This document shows positions 17,886 through 29,680 of a stretch of 64,000 nucleotides of DNA, piece after piece; position 1 is the stretch's first letter; each line of letters starts with the position of its first letter. Below the pieces are notes generated by a model. It searched no databases and was not told where the DNA came from. It worked only from the letters and a program-made list of their open reading frames with translations. The translations under genes and the position numbers were made by a program. Source of the DNA: Candidatus Hydrogenedentota bacterium (GTDB lineage: Bacteria > Hydrogenedentota > Hydrogenedentia > Hydrogenedentales > SLHB01); the NCBI GenBank assembly GCA_963745075.1, contig CAVUWV010000008.1, positions 256,001 to 320,000 of the forward strand, given 5' to 3'.

Positions 17886-18926
17886 ATGCAAGCTTGCGTG
17901 TTACATGCTATCGGTGACTTACGCCACGAGGAAGTGGCCAACCCGCGGCCGCGCGTGGGGGAAGTGCTGCTGCGCGTCGGCGCCTGCGGCGTCTGCGGCT
18001 CCGACATTCCGCGGGTGTTCACGAAGGGCACCTACAGCTTTCCCACCATCCCGGGCCATGAGCTGGCGGGCGTCGTCGTCGAAGCCGGGGCTAAGGTCGA
18101 CGAATCGATCGTCGGCAAGAACGCCGCCGTGTTTCCGCTCATCCCGTGCCGGAAATGTCCCATGTGCGAAATTGGCGAATACGCCCAGTGCTCGGATTAC
18201 GACTATCTGGGGTCACGATGCGACGGCGGGTTTGCGGAGTATGTGCGCGTGCCGGTGTGGAACCTCGTGTTCCTGCCCGACGGCGTCACCGTGGATGAGG
18301 CCGCTATGACCGAACCCGCGGCGGTCGCGCTCCACGCCTTGCGGCAGGCGAACGTCGATATCGGCGACCGTGTGCTCATCCTCGGCGCGGGCCCCGTCGG
18401 GTTGATGGCCGGCATGTGGGCGCAGGTTTGGGGCGCGGGCAAGGTGATGCTGGTCGACATCGATCCCCAGAAACTGGACTTCGCCAAAAGCCTCGGGTTC
18501 ACGGATGTGTGCAATTCCGGCGAAGACGATCTCGCCGCGTGGGTCAAAGATCTGACCGACGAAGGGGCCGACCTCGTCGTCGAAGCCTCCGGCAGCACCG
18601 TGGCGCTCGACCAATGCATGCTCACCGCGAAAGTATTCGGCAACGTGGTGCTCATGGGCAATCCAGTGGGCGACATGTGCCTCTCGCAACAGGGCTACTG
18701 GGCCATCCTGCGCAAACAACTGAAACTGCACGGCACCTGGAATTCGTCCTACAGCAAGGTCGCCCGCAGCGAATGGCAGCTTACCCTCGACTTCATGGCC
18801 TCCGGCAGACTCAACGTCAAACCTCTCATCACCCACCGCGTCGGCCTGGACGGACTCTTCGACCGCATGAAAGCCGTCCGCGACCGCACGGAATTCTCGA
18901 ACAAGGTGCTCTGCGTGAATCCGTAA
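17886..18926 (+). CDS. Zn-dependent alcohol/polyol dehydrogenase (galactitol-1-phosphate dehydrogenase-like)
   Basis: GVCGSD, GHELAG, structural Zn site CRKCPMC-x7-C and GAGPVG. Confidence 0.92.
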   Translation: MQACVLHAIGDLRHEEVANPRPRVGEVLLRVGACGVCGSDIPRVFTKGTYSFPTIPGHELAGVVVEAGAKVDESIVGKNAAVFPLIPCRKCPMCEIGEYAQCSDYDYLGSRCDGGFAEYVRVPVWNLVFLPDGVTVDEAAMTEPAAVALHALRQANVDIGDRVLILGAGPVGLMAGMWAQVWGAGKVMLVDIDPQKLDFAKSLGFTDVCNSGEDDLAAWVKDLTDEGADLVVEASGSTVALDQCMLTAKVFGNVVLMGNPVGDMCLSQQGYWAILRKQLKLHGTWNSSYSKVARSEWQLTLDFMASGRLNVKPLITHRVGLDGLFDRMKAVRDRTEFSNKVLCVNP

Positions 18927-18988
18927 CGGTCACCGGGTTTATCACGTGGAGGTGCGACAACCGCCGGCATCGTCCCGCAGCACGCGTC

Positions 18989-20555
18989 TCAATCGTTGAG
19001 CCAGTTGTTCCACGCGGATACGACGAAGCGGAGTTTGCCCGCAATACCCGGGTCATTCTCGTTTTCGAAGGGGATCTGCATTGCTACCTTGCCGTCTTGA
19101 CGCACTTCGTAGTCGAGGGACCGATCCGGGAAATCCGGATCCTCGCCCTGGCTCTGCCAACGGTACGTGACCTTCCAAGCATCGTCCCCCGATTGCGGGG
19201 GAAAGATCTTGACGATCAAGACGCCCCAGTAGAGGTAGCCGCCCTCATAGTGTCCGTCGATCCAGAATCTTCTATCCACCTCGTAGTCCGGCACGCGCAC
19301 CCCCAGCGTCAACCCGTAGGAAAGCGACGTATCCTCGTCGGTCACGCGGGCACTGGCCGCCAAAAACACAGTCGAGAGATACACCTTTCGTTTGCTCGCG
19401 TCATCCGGGTCGGTCAATTCCAAATGCGTGCGGCACGCGACCGAATCTTCCTCGGCGACACGGCGCGTAAGATACCAGCGCATACCACGGGGCGCTGCCA
19501 GCAACTCAATCTGGTACAGCGCATCCACCGCCTTTCCCTGAATCGCCTGTGGCAACCGAACTTTGTCGATGTCCAGCCAGATGTCGGCCCGAACATCGCC
19601 GAACAGGAAACGCGTGAGGTTCTGGTAAGCCTCCTCGCTGTTCACGATGCCGAAATGGCCGGAGTGAGATCGGTACGCATAGGCGGTCGCACTCGGAACC
19701 GACACTTCCCCTTTGGCAGTGAAACCCCATACGGACGCGTTTTCGACGCGGACCAATCCGTCGCTGCCGTGTCCGGCAAAGGTCCTGGACAACCCCAGCG
19801 CAACTTCGTAATCCGCCCGGTTCGTGCCGACCATGCAGAAAAACCGATCTGACGGAAAGACCTCTTCCGGCAGCCAGTCGACGCGATGCGTGTCCTTAAA
19901 CCGGGATTCGAGCGCGAGGTACTTGGACATGTCCAGGCGATTAAAGTTGTCCATGTCCGCAAGGCCCAGCCATTGGGGAACGTTGATCCCCGCCATGTCG
20001 ATGCCGTTATGGGGTGTCGCATAGGTGAATACCTTGTCGACGCACCGACGGGCTTCGTCATCGCCACAGGCAGGATTCTGCAAGAAGGCGCGGCACACAA
20101 GCCCACCCATCGAATGTGCCACGAGATAGCACCGGAAATCTTCCGGAGTCGTTTTGTTTTCCTCACGGTCGCAGACCAGTTTGCGAACGCGGACGATTAA
20201 GTCGCTTAGATCGCTCGCGAATTTCGTAATCGGCGGCGTTTCTCCCTGCCCCAAGAGCAACGAAGCCTCATCGTAATATCGAAAGACAATGATGGATCGA
20301 CGCGCGATCGATCCTTCCCATCCCTCGTCCATGATATCGAGCCCATTCTCGTACACGTCGCAGTATTTGTAATCGGAAATGAGCCGCACCACGGGAGACT
20401 CGAAGATGAACTTCTTGGGCGGTTTCTTCTTCTCCGGAGTCGCGCGATATACGGTCGACCCCAAGTTGAAACCGCAAAACGGATCGGCGGCAGTTTCGTT
20501 CTGCTCTCCTTGGGTCATCGCATACCCACGGACATAGATGATCGGGAGACAACGG
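18989..20555 (-). CDS. Alpha/beta hydrolase (PGAP1/lipase-like) with its 5' end abutting an IS remnant
   Basis: LPIIYVRGY, LVAHSMGGL nucleophile elbow, TYATPHNG, SDGLV and SHSGH. The upstream part of the 731-aa ORF is antisense to the transposase. Confidence 0.8.
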
Positions 20556-20559
20556 GCGG

Positions 20560-21710
20560 TGAGTTCCTTTCGAGTTGATGGAGGAGCATGTCGCGCTAAA
20601 AAAGGAACTTGGGGAGCTCTGACGGGCGCCTGGGTTCCCCACGACACGCGAGATGCCCTGATGGATTTCGTGAACGGCTGGTCGGCGAAGACGGAGATCC
20701 CGGCGACCCGTTTCATTCGGCTGGATGGGCATCGGCTCGAGCAAGTTCTACGACTGGCGCAAGCGGTACGGCAAGGTGAACGAGCACAACGGCTGGATTC
20801 CGCGCGACTTCTGGCTCGAGCCTTGGGAACGGCAGGCGATCCTCGCCTACTTCTGACAAGCATCCGGACGAAGGCTACCGCCGGCTGACCTTCATGATGC
20901 TGGACGAGGACGTGGTGGCCGCCAGTCCGACGACCGTGTGGCGGGTCCTGCACCAAGCGGGCCTGCTGCGCCGCTGGAAGGAAAAGACCAAGAAAGGCAA
21001 GGGATTCCAACAGCCCTTGCAGCCCCATGAACATTGGCATGTCGACATCTCGTACATCAACATTTGCGGGACGTTCTATTACCTGTGCAGCGTCCTGGAC
21101 GGATGCAGCCGCTACATCGTCCACTGGGACATCCGCGGAGTCCATGACAGAGACCGACATCGAACTCATGTTGCAACGGGCCAAGGAACTGTAGCCCGAG
21201 GCGCGGACCCCGCATCATCACCGACAACGGCCCCCAGTTCATCGCCAAGGACTTCAAGGAGTTCATTCGCATCAGCGGCATGACCCACGTGAAGACCTCG
21301 CCCTTCTATCCCCAAAGCAACGGCAAGATCGAGCGGTGGCATCAATCCCTCAAACGCGAATGCATCCGTCCCGGAACGCCGCTCACGCTCGAGGACGCGC
21401 GGCGCTTGGTGGCCGGATACGTCGAGCACTACAACACCCGGCGCCTGCACAGCGCCATCGGCTACGTGACCCCCAAGGACAAACTCGAAGGAAGGGAACA
21501 AATGATCTTCGACGCACGCGACCGTAAACTCGAAGCCGCCCGCGAACGCCGGAAGGCGGCACGGGAACAGCGCCATGGTATACTGGCCAATGCCGGGTGA
21601 AACGGAGGCCGGCTCTGCGGGAGCGCAACCGCGCCAAGGGATAGCCCGGCCGGGCTCATCGAGACGATGTGCCACACGGATGGGGCGAGCAATTGACGCC
21701 CCATCCCCAT
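20560..21710 (+). mobile_element. IS3-family insertion sequence remnant: orfA tail plus frameshifted orfB
   Basis: OrfA end ELMEEHVALKKELGEL*; slippery AAAAAAG at 20598-20604. OrfB is spread over frames with GYRRL, HEHWHVDISY, IITDNGPQF, QSNGKIERWHQSLK and YNTRRLHSAIGYVTP; stop at 21600. No terminal inverted repeats recognised. Confidence 0.9.
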
Positions 21711-22004
21711 ACAAAAACATCGGATCGATAGACCCGCTATCTTTGAATCGGTCATATTCCCCTCCGATGATTGCATCCCCTCGCCGTTTGTCATCATAGT
21801 GCACCAAAAGGGATTCTGTCGAGGAGCAATGCCATTGGCGTCTCACGAAGACCGATGGAACCCACGCCCGCAATCTTGCCCATCAACCCACTCCGTCTAT
21901 ATGATATGTAGACGGTTGGTTTGTTGGGGGGGACGAGGCGGATGCCGTCTCCCTGTGGTTCAATCCTGCGCACCGCTCGGAACGTGTGACCCTGATATCG
22001 CGAG

Positions 22005-22592
22005 GTGACTTTGACGAAAGAACTGCTACTCGTCGATTTTGAAAATGTACGGCAGGTGGAACTGTTGCGCCTGCGCGACGCCTGCAACGTCATCATCTTT
22101 CTTGGCGCGAACCAGAAGACCCTTCCCGTTGAACTGGTCACTGCGGCCCAACAGCTCGGCTCGCGTGTCCAGTGGCAGCAGATCGAGGGCAACGGCAACA
22201 ATGCGCTGGATTTCCACATCGCCTGTCATCTCGGCCGCATACTCGAAACGTCACCGCAGACCCGCTGCACCGTTCTCTCCAGAGATAAAGGCTTTGACCC
22301 GCTTCTTCGGCACTTGAACAAACTGGGTCTCAAGTGCAAGCGGATCAACAGTCAGATGGAACTCGATCCGAAGCATGCACCCGCAATCGATTCAAACTAC
22401 AAGCGGGTAATTGAACTGCTTCGGAAATCCGACAAGAACAGACTCCCTCGAAAGCGCAAGACCTTGTCACAACACATCTCGTCCATGTTTCAGAAGAGGA
22501 TCGCGCAAGAGGACGTCGATCGCATCATCGACACGCTGTTCGCAAACGAAATGATCTCAGAGACGAACGGAATCGTTTCTTACGGATTTTGA
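22005..22592 (+). CDS. PIN-domain protein (NYN/PIN7-like) with a C-terminal helical domain
   Basis: LLVDFENV, GNNALDFHI and VLSRDKGFD acidic PIN motifs. Confidence 0.85.
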   Translation: MTLTKELLLVDFENVRQVELLRLRDACNVIIFLGANQKTLPVELVTAAQQLGSRVQWQQIEGNGNNALDFHIACHLGRILETSPQTRCTVLSRDKGFDPLLRHLNKLGLKCKRINSQMELDPKHAPAIDSNYKRVIELLRKSDKNRLPRKRKTLSQHISSMFQKRIAQEDVDRIIDTLFANEMISETNGIVSYGF

Positions 22593-22898
22593 GCACCCGC
22601 GACGGCACCCCTTGCCGTGAGCATTTCGTGTTTCGGCAGATCCTGAAGCTGGCAAAAGCGTCGATATGTCCAACGGCTTCGTTCGGCAACGACGTCGCCG
22701 TGGCATTGCGCAGGTTGAAGGTCGGCGACAAGTCGCCTTGCTTCGCGTCGGCTAACCCGGGGCTATGAATATCGAGGCCTTTCAAGCCACCGAACCGCGT
22801 ATGTCCGTGGAGTGCGCATCTGTAGAACGCGCGTCCGGAGAATCTGCGTCATCCGTGGAGCGCGCATCTGCCAAATCCACGTCATCCGCGTTCCATTG

Positions 22899-24314
22899 TT
22901 ACTCTTGCTTCGCGGCCCAGGTGGCGGCTTGCGCGACGAGACGTTGGTAGTTGGGGTTGGTAAACTCTTCCGGGCCGTGGCCGAGTTGGATGTAGCACAC
23001 GTTGGCGTTGCCGTGACGCCGGACCCAGCAGATGGCCGGTTCACTGGTCGGCTCGTCGGTCGTCAACAGAATGCGGTTGTTGTCGAAGACGTCGTAGTTG
23101 TTGTAGGTCTCGTCGTGCACGACAAAATCCTGCAATCCCCGTGTGACGGGATGCTGACTGTCCGCGACGTGAACGGTGAAATCGACACCGTGTTTGTAGA
23201 TCGACTTCGTGTGTTCCGGCGTATCTTCGAGGTAATACTTCGCGCCGATGATGTCCGAATATTCCGGCCAACCCGAGAACGCCGCCACCGCGTGATGCAA
23301 CACAACGAACCCCACGCCGTCATCGAGTAACTTGAGAAAATTTGCCTGCCGCGCTTCGGAAATTTGCTGCGTCATGTTGTAGAGGACGACGACGTTGTAC
23401 GGGAAGTCCGTCACGTTGTCGAAGATTTCGCTGTCGTCTTTCTGTTCGAGGATGGTGTACGTCGCGCCCTGGTGCGACGCGAAGATCTGCGGGAAGACGG
23501 CTTCGTCAAAGCCGTGTCCGCCCACGATGACCGCCGCGTTCACCTTCGGCGCTGGCCACGGGTCCGCGATCGGGATCGTCACCGCGCCGGTTGCCGCCCA
23601 CTCCGTACCGCGCAGCATGAGCGTCTGGAAACCGGGGTTGCCCATGGCCTCCGTGTTGTGCCCGAGGATGTTGTAAAAACACCGGCCGTCGCCGAATTGG
23701 GTCGTCACGGCGATGGGTTCAAATTCACCTGTGCCATTTTGATCTTTGGCGGAGAATGCCGACGCCACCACGTGCATGGACGGGTGTGGGGTCAGCCGGT
23801 GGTACAGCTCATCCGGCCCCGCAATAAAGGGTGGCATCCCCTTCGCGATCGGATGCTCGGGGTCGTCGATGAATACCTCGAACTTGTGAAACTTGCCGTG
23901 GCCCGAGTCGTCACCCCAGGTGCAACCGGCCATCTCCTGGAACTCGGGCCAGTCCGAGAAGCACGCCGTCGCCGCGTGCAGCAAGACGAATCCCTTGCCG
24001 CCGCGCACGAAGTCGAGAATCGCGCCCTCCGCGGGCCCCCACTGCCGGCCCGTCATGTCGGGATACGCGCTCCAGTTGTCGACGAGCACATCGTACGGCT
24101 TTAATGTCTCGGCCGTTAGCGACGCGGGGTCGTTCGTAACGTCCACCACGAACCGGCCGCTGGTTTCGTACATGTCTTTCAGGAACGGCGTGGTCTCTTG
24201 CCAGTTGTGGTTGTTTTGTCCGGACAGGATCAACACGCGCAACGGTTCCGCCGCGTTGCCCTGTACGGCCGCGCCCAGTCCCAGCAACATCGATGTGATA
24301 AGCATAAATCGCAT
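22899..24314 (-). CDS. Secreted protein with two ThuA-like domains
   Basis: Signal peptide; VLILSGQNNHNW, GGKGFVLLHAA, DELY and YNILGH, repeated as VGFVVLHHA, DETY and YIQLGH. Confidence 0.85.
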   Translation of the reverse strand: MRFMLITSMLLGLGAAVQGNAAEPLRVLILSGQNNHNWQETTPFLKDMYETSGRFVVDVTNDPASLTAETLKPYDVLVDNWSAYPDMTGRQWGPAEGAILDFVRGGKGFVLLHAATACFSDWPEFQEMAGCTWGDDSGHGKFHKFEVFIDDPEHPIAKGMPPFIAGPDELYHRLTPHPSMHVVASAFSAKDQNGTGEFEPIAVTTQFGDGRCFYNILGHNTEAMGNPGFQTLMLRGTEWAATGAVTIPIADPWPAPKVNAAVIVGGHGFDEAVFPQIFASHQGATYTILEQKDDSEIFDNVTDFPYNVVVLYNMTQQISEARQANFLKLLDDGVGFVVLHHAVAAFSGWPEYSDIIGAKYYLEDTPEHTKSIYKHGVDFTVHVADSQHPVTRGLQDFVVHDETYNNYDVFDNNRILLTTDEPTSEPAICWVRRHGNANVCYIQLGHGPEEFTNPNYQRLVAQAATWAAKQE

Positions 24315-24422
24315 GACTCCCCCTTCGGTTGCGCCGGTAAGCCTACCGCAACGGCTCACCCCTCCATCAAATCATGGAACGATCCGAAAAGCAACTGGGT
24401 CTTCGTACGTGCGCGGGTTGCG

Positions 24423-25445
24423 CTACAAAATCAACATCACGTCGCCGTAGGAGTAGAACCGGAACTTCTCGCGAATGGCGTATTGGTAGGCTTCCCGGGT
24501 GAGGTCGGTCCCGGCAAAGGCGTAGACGAGGGCAAGCAGGCTGGATTTCGGCAAATGAAAATTCGTCTGGAGCACGTCCACGGCGCGGAATTCGTACGGT
24601 GGGTATATGTAGAGCCCCGTCGCGCCGGAACCGGGCTGGAACGCGCCGTGCCGGTATTGGAATTCCAGCACGCGGGTGGAGGTCGTGCCTACGGAAACGA
24701 CGCGGCCGCCGTTCTCGCGGGTGGCATTCAGCGTTTGGGCGGTTATGTCGGGCAGGTTGAACTCTTCGGGATCGATCCGGTGGGCCTCGACGCGATTGCC
24801 GCGAATGGGACTGAACGTGCCGTACCCCACGTGCAGCGTGAGCGTCGCGCGCTGCACGTCCCGTGCTTCCAGATCCGCAAACACGTCTTCGGTAAAATGA
24901 AGTCCTGCCGTCGGCGCGGCCACGGCACCGGGAGACTGCGCGTACACGGTCTGGTACCGCGTCAGGTCGGACGGTTCGGAACTCTTACGATGAATGTACG
25001 GCGGTAACGGCACTTCGCCGCACGCTTCCAACACCTGCAACACGTCGGGCCGGTCGAACGTCACCCGGCGGCGTCCTTCCGGCAGCACGTCCCCCACCGT
25101 CGCCGCGATACCGGCCGCGAGATCCACGCGCGTGCCCGGCGCGACCTTCGCCGACGGCCGCACCAGCGCGTCCCATTCACCCGGCGCGTGTTCGTGCAAC
25201 AGAAATATTTCGACCCGGCCGCCCGTGTGTTTTTGCCCGTGCAGCCGCGCGCGAATCACTTTCGTCTCATTCAATACGAGGCAATCGTCCGCGCGCAGGT
25301 ACGCGCCCACATTGCGAAAGACGTCTTCCCGGATCGCGCCGGTGGCACGGTCCACCACCAGCAGACGCGATTCATCCCGCTTCTCGCAGGGGTGCTGCGC
25401 GACCAACGCTTCGGGGAGTGTATAGTCCAGCTCGGCAATATCCAT
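24423..25445 (-). CDS. queA: S-adenosylmethionine:tRNA ribosyltransferase-isomerase
   Basis: PLPPYI, YQTVYA, GAVAAPTAGLHFT, LHVGYGTF, TNFHLPKSSL and FRFYSYGD motifs. Confidence 0.97.
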   Translation of the reverse strand: MDIAELDYTLPEALVAQHPCEKRDESRLLVVDRATGAIREDVFRNVGAYLRADDCLVLNETKVIRARLHGQKHTGGRVEIFLLHEHAPGEWDALVRPSAKVAPGTRVDLAAGIAATVGDVLPEGRRRVTFDRPDVLQVLEACGEVPLPPYIHRKSSEPSDLTRYQTVYAQSPGAVAAPTAGLHFTEDVFADLEARDVQRATLTLHVGYGTFSPIRGNRVEAHRIDPEEFNLPDITAQTLNATRENGGRVVSVGTTSTRVLEFQYRHGAFQPGSGATGLYIYPPYEFRAVDVLQTNFHLPKSSLLALVYAFAGTDLTREAYQYAIREKFRFYSYGDVMLIL

Positions 25446-25625
25446 CGCGCGCAACAATAGCAAGAGATCGGGATCGCAGACAACGCGCGGTCCGTGGTAT
25501 CCGTCGTCTACAGGACCGTGCACCTGCCCGGTTGTAAACGTGTTCGTAATCGTAATCGAGGCTCTTGCTCCCACACACACGGGGGCAAGAGCCTCATTTC
25601 ACATTCGATCCAATCCGTTACGCCA

Positions 25626-26786
25626 TCACTCGCACAACTCGAACACGCCGGCTCCGCCCATGCCGCCGCCGATGCACATGGTGACGAGGCCGTATTTCTC
25701 ACCGCGCTTTTGCATTTCATCGATGATCTGCACGGAGAGTTTCGCGCCGGTGCAGCCGAGGGGATGCCCCAATGCAATGGCGCCGCCGTTAACGTTGACC
25801 TTCTTGGGGTCGAGTTTGAGTTCGCGCGTCACGTAAATCGCCACGCACGCGAAGGCTTCATTGATCTCGATGAGCCCCACATCCTCCAGTTTAATGCCGG
25901 CGAGTTCGCAGGCTTTCGGGATCGCGACAAGCTGCGCCGGACCGAGGTATTTCGGACTGGCTGCGGCAATGTTGTAACCGCGGAACTTTGCCAGCGGTTT
26001 TGCGCCGGTTTCCTTCACGGCCTTTTCGCTCATCAGCACCAACGCGGCCGCGCCGTCGCTCATCTGACTCGAATTGCCCGCCGTGTGGAACCCGAGTTTG
26101 GGCGACGCGGCAAAAGCCGGTCTTAACGCCGCCAAACCTTCCAACGTCGTGTCGCGGCGCGGACCCTCGTCCATGTCGAAGGTAATGGACTGTCCGTTGA
26201 CCGGCACTTCCAGCGGCACGATCTGATCCTTGAACTTCCCGGCGTCGATCGCGGCCACGGCTTTCTGGTTACTTTCGAGCGCACATTGGTCCAGTTCCTC
26301 GCGCGAAATCTTGAATTCGCGCGCCACGTTGTCGCCCGCGTTGCCCATGGCGATGTAAATCTCGGGATAGTTCTTCGTGAGGTACGGATTCGGCGCAACC
26401 CGCGCACCCGGCATGGGCACCTGACTCATCGATTCGGTGCCGCCCGCGACCGCGATGTCGAAGAACCCCGCCTCGATCTTGGCCGCCGCGATCGACATGG
26501 ATTCCATGCCCGACGAACAAAACCGGTTGATGGTCATGGCGCTGACAGTGTCCGGCATCCCTGCACGCAACGACGCGATGCGCGCCACGTTCATGCCTTG
26601 GGACTGCTCCGGCATCGCGCACCCGATGACCACGTCCTGCACCTGTTCGGGGTTGATGCCCGCCCGTTCGACGGCCGCTTTGATCGATTCCGCCGCCATG
26701 TCGTCGGGACGATAATTGACCAGGGTGCCCCGTTTCGCTTTACCGATGGCCGTGCGCGCACCCGAGACTACGTAGACGTTCTCCAT
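25626..26786 (-). CDS. fadA: Acetyl-CoA C-acyltransferase (thiolase)
   Basis: NRFCSSG, EINEAFA, GGAIALGHPLG and TMCIGGGMG motifs. Confidence 0.95.
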   Translation of the reverse strand: MENVYVVSGARTAIGKAKRGTLVNYRPDDMAAESIKAAVERAGINPEQVQDVVIGCAMPEQSQGMNVARIASLRAGMPDTVSAMTINRFCSSGMESMSIAAAKIEAGFFDIAVAGGTESMSQVPMPGARVAPNPYLTKNYPEIYIAMGNAGDNVAREFKISREELDQCALESNQKAVAAIDAGKFKDQIVPLEVPVNGQSITFDMDEGPRRDTTLEGLAALRPAFAASPKLGFHTAGNSSQMSDGAAALVLMSEKAVKETGAKPLAKFRGYNIAAASPKYLGPAQLVAIPKACELAGIKLEDVGLIEINEAFACVAIYVTRELKLDPKKVNVNGGAIALGHPLGCTGAKLSVQIIDEMQKRGEKYGLVTMCIGGGMGGAGVFELCE

Positions 26787-26806
26787 GATTCCTGTCCTCC
26801 TGCGAA

Positions 26807-29208
26807 TCAGTTACGCAACGGCTTACCGGTGGTAAGCATGTGTTGAATGCGTTGCTGGGTCTTTTCCGTGCCGACAAGGCTGACGAAGGCCTCCCGTTCG
26901 AGGTCGAGCACGTCTTGTTCGGTCATCTTGGTTCCGGGCAAGCGGTCGCCGCCGGTGAGGATGTTCGCAATCTTCTCGCTGATCAGCACGTCGTGCTCGG
27001 ACGCGTACCCGCTGAGCTGGAAACTGTACAGCGCCATCCGGAACGTGGCGCGCGCCTGCTCGCCGAGGGCGGTTAACGTCGCCGGCATGGGCGGCCGATA
27101 GCCCGCTTTGGCTAGACCGAGGCAGACCGCCTTGGCGCGGCTGATCTGTTGGTCGAAACTCGGTTCGACCGGGCAGTCGGGCGTGAGGTAGCCGAACTCG
27201 ATGTATTCCATGCCGCTCGTGCTGACTTTCGCCATGCCGATGTCTTCAAAGGCGCGCCGCACGTAGGGGAACGGATCGCCTTCGGGCACGGTATCCGGCA
27301 CGTAAGCCAGCGCGCGCCGCAGCATTTCCTTGCACCCGCCGCCGCCGGGGATCAGGCCCACGCCGACCTCCACGAGTCCGCCGTAGGTTTCGCCCGCGAT
27401 GACGCACCGGGCGGTGTGCTGGCAGATCTCCGTGCCGCCGCCCAGCGTGTAGTGGTGCGGCGCCGCGACGATGGGCCGTTTGCAGAACCGGATCGCCTGA
27501 TTGCCTTGTTGGAACGCATTCACCGCGTCTTCGACCGCTTTCCAGTTTTCCTGCATCGCTTCGCCGAGTATCACGAAAATGTTCGCGCCCGCGCAGAAGT
27601 GGTCGGCCTGGTTGCCGATGACCATGCCCTCGAATTTCCCTTCGTTCAGCATGGTCACCGCGTCATTTAACATCTGGCCCATGTCGTTGTCGATGGCGTT
27701 CATCTTCGTGTGGAACTCGGCGCAGATGATCCCGTCGCCGATATCGACAAGGCTGCAACTGTCGTTCTCCTTGACGACTTTCTTCGCATCCTTTCGCGCT
27801 GGCGATGGAAATGATGTTCGGATTCTGCGGCACGGGCTTGTACGCCTTGCTCGCCAAATCGAAATACAGCGGCGTACCCTTCTCGGTCTTGTAGAAGGAG
27901 TCGAGGCCCGCGTCGAGCAGCGCCTTCGCGATGGGCGGCAGGGTGAGGCCGTCCTTTTCCATCCGGTCGCAAACGTACTTCACGCCGAGGAGGTCCCACG
28001 TTTCAAAGATGCCGACTTCCCACGCGAACCCCCATTTCACCGCGTTGTCGATGTTGACGATGTCGTCCGCGATCTCGGGGATGCGGTTGCCGGCGTAGAT
28101 GGCCGTGTTGGCGAAGGATTTCCACGCGAACTGCGCGCCCTTGTCTTCGCCCTTGTACATAATCTCGAGCTTTTGCTCGATGGACTCCGCGTTGCGGACT
28201 GCGCCGGTGCACTCGAAGCGCGGCTTGATCGGGTCGCGATACTCCAGCGTCTCCAGGTCGAGCCCGAGGATGATGCGCTTGCCCTTTTCGTCGCGCTCCT
28301 TCGTCGCCTTGTAGAAGCCGGAACCGGATTTGGAACCCAGCAGGCCCTTGTCGACCATCTTCTGAAGCCAGTCCGGCACGTTCATCACGTCTTGCCGTTC
28401 GTCGTCGGGACAGTTGTTCGCCACGTTGCCCAGCACGTGCACGTAGGTGTCGATACCCACCAGGTCGAAGGTGCGGAACGTTGCCGAGGACGCGTGCCCC
28501 ACGGCAGGGCCGGTCAAGCGCGTCGACCTCCTCGACCGAAAGCCCGTCTTTCGTCATCTCGTGGATGATGTACTGGCACGCAAAGGTCAGGATGCGGTTG
28601 GCGATGAAGTTCGGCGTGTCCTTGGCATACACCACGCCCTTGCCTAACACGTTCTCCATGAAGTCCGCCATGAAGGCAATCGCCTCGGGATCGGTCCCCG
28701 TGTGGGGGATAATCTCGATGAGTTTCAGGTAACGCGGCGGGTTGAAGAAGTGCGTCCCGAAGAAGTTGCGGCGCATGTCCTCGTCCATCACGTCAGTCAT
28801 GGAGGCAATCGGAATGCCGCTCGTGTTGCTGGTGACAATCGTGCCGGGCTTGCGGTGTTTCGCCACCTGCTCGTAAATCTTCTTCTTGATCGAAAGGTCT
28901 TCCTTGACGACCTCGATGATCCAGTCGCAATCCGCGATCTTCGCCATGTCGTCCTCGAAGTTGCCGATCTCGATCATGTCGAGCACCTTCTTCGAGTACA
29001 GGGGCGACGGACGGGCCTTGAGCATGGCTTGCTTACTGCTCTCGGCGAATGCGTTCCGCTTCTTCGGATCCTTCTTGTCGGCCCCCGAAAGGTTTGGCGG
29101 GACGATGTCGAGCATGAGGCTGGGGATGCCGCAGTTGCCGCAGTGCGCCGCGATGGCGCCCCCCATGACCCCGGAACCCAATACAGCGACGCGAGTAATC
29201 TCTCTCAT
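26807..29208 (-). CDS. fadN: 3-hydroxyacyl-CoA dehydrogenase/enoyl-CoA hydratase, FadN type (apparent indels near 28515 and 27795)
   Basis: GSGVMG, SNTSGIPI, HFFNPPRYLKL and DTPNFIANRI, then TFRTFDLVGID, then the crotonase part LGGGTE, GLVEVGVGLIP, ending TGKPLRN. Spread over three frames. Confidence 0.92.
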
Positions 29209-29680
29209 GGCGAATAGACTCCTCCCAACTCGGAACCCGGCACGACTCTCCGCGCGATTCCATCCCGAAAGTTCGAGGAACGCAACATATGTCTATATGA
29301 GTACCTTACAAAACAGGCACCTAAAAACAAAAACTGACCTACCGTTAGGTCTGCACCGACATCGCAAACAACATCCGCATTCGCAGGATTCATACACGGG
29401 AATACCGTGGCCCGGGCCAATACGCCATCCTACACATTCATGCTGTACCCGTCAAGGGATCGAACCGGCTCGAAGTCCGCCACCTCCGGCTCCGCGCGCC
29501 TCCGAAAATCTCCGTGAAACCCCCGGCGATCATGGTAGAATCAAGTGGCAAGCTGTCCCCAGCGGACCAGGTGCCTGAAGTGACATCTCCGCAGCGGTCA
29601 TCCTCCCCATCCAACGCGGGGAGCGAATCGCTGCTGAACCGTATACGCCTATCCGGCCTCCCGAAAGGAATCGACGCAGT

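Noticed and set aside
18989..21184. 731-aa fusion protein
   Set aside because: The first ~210 aa are the antisense of the IS3 transposase; only the hydrolase part is credible.
26807..29208. Programmed frameshifting or true pseudogenisation of fadN
   Set aside because: No slippery heptamer was seen at the breaks and similar indels occur throughout the window; sequencing error is simpler.
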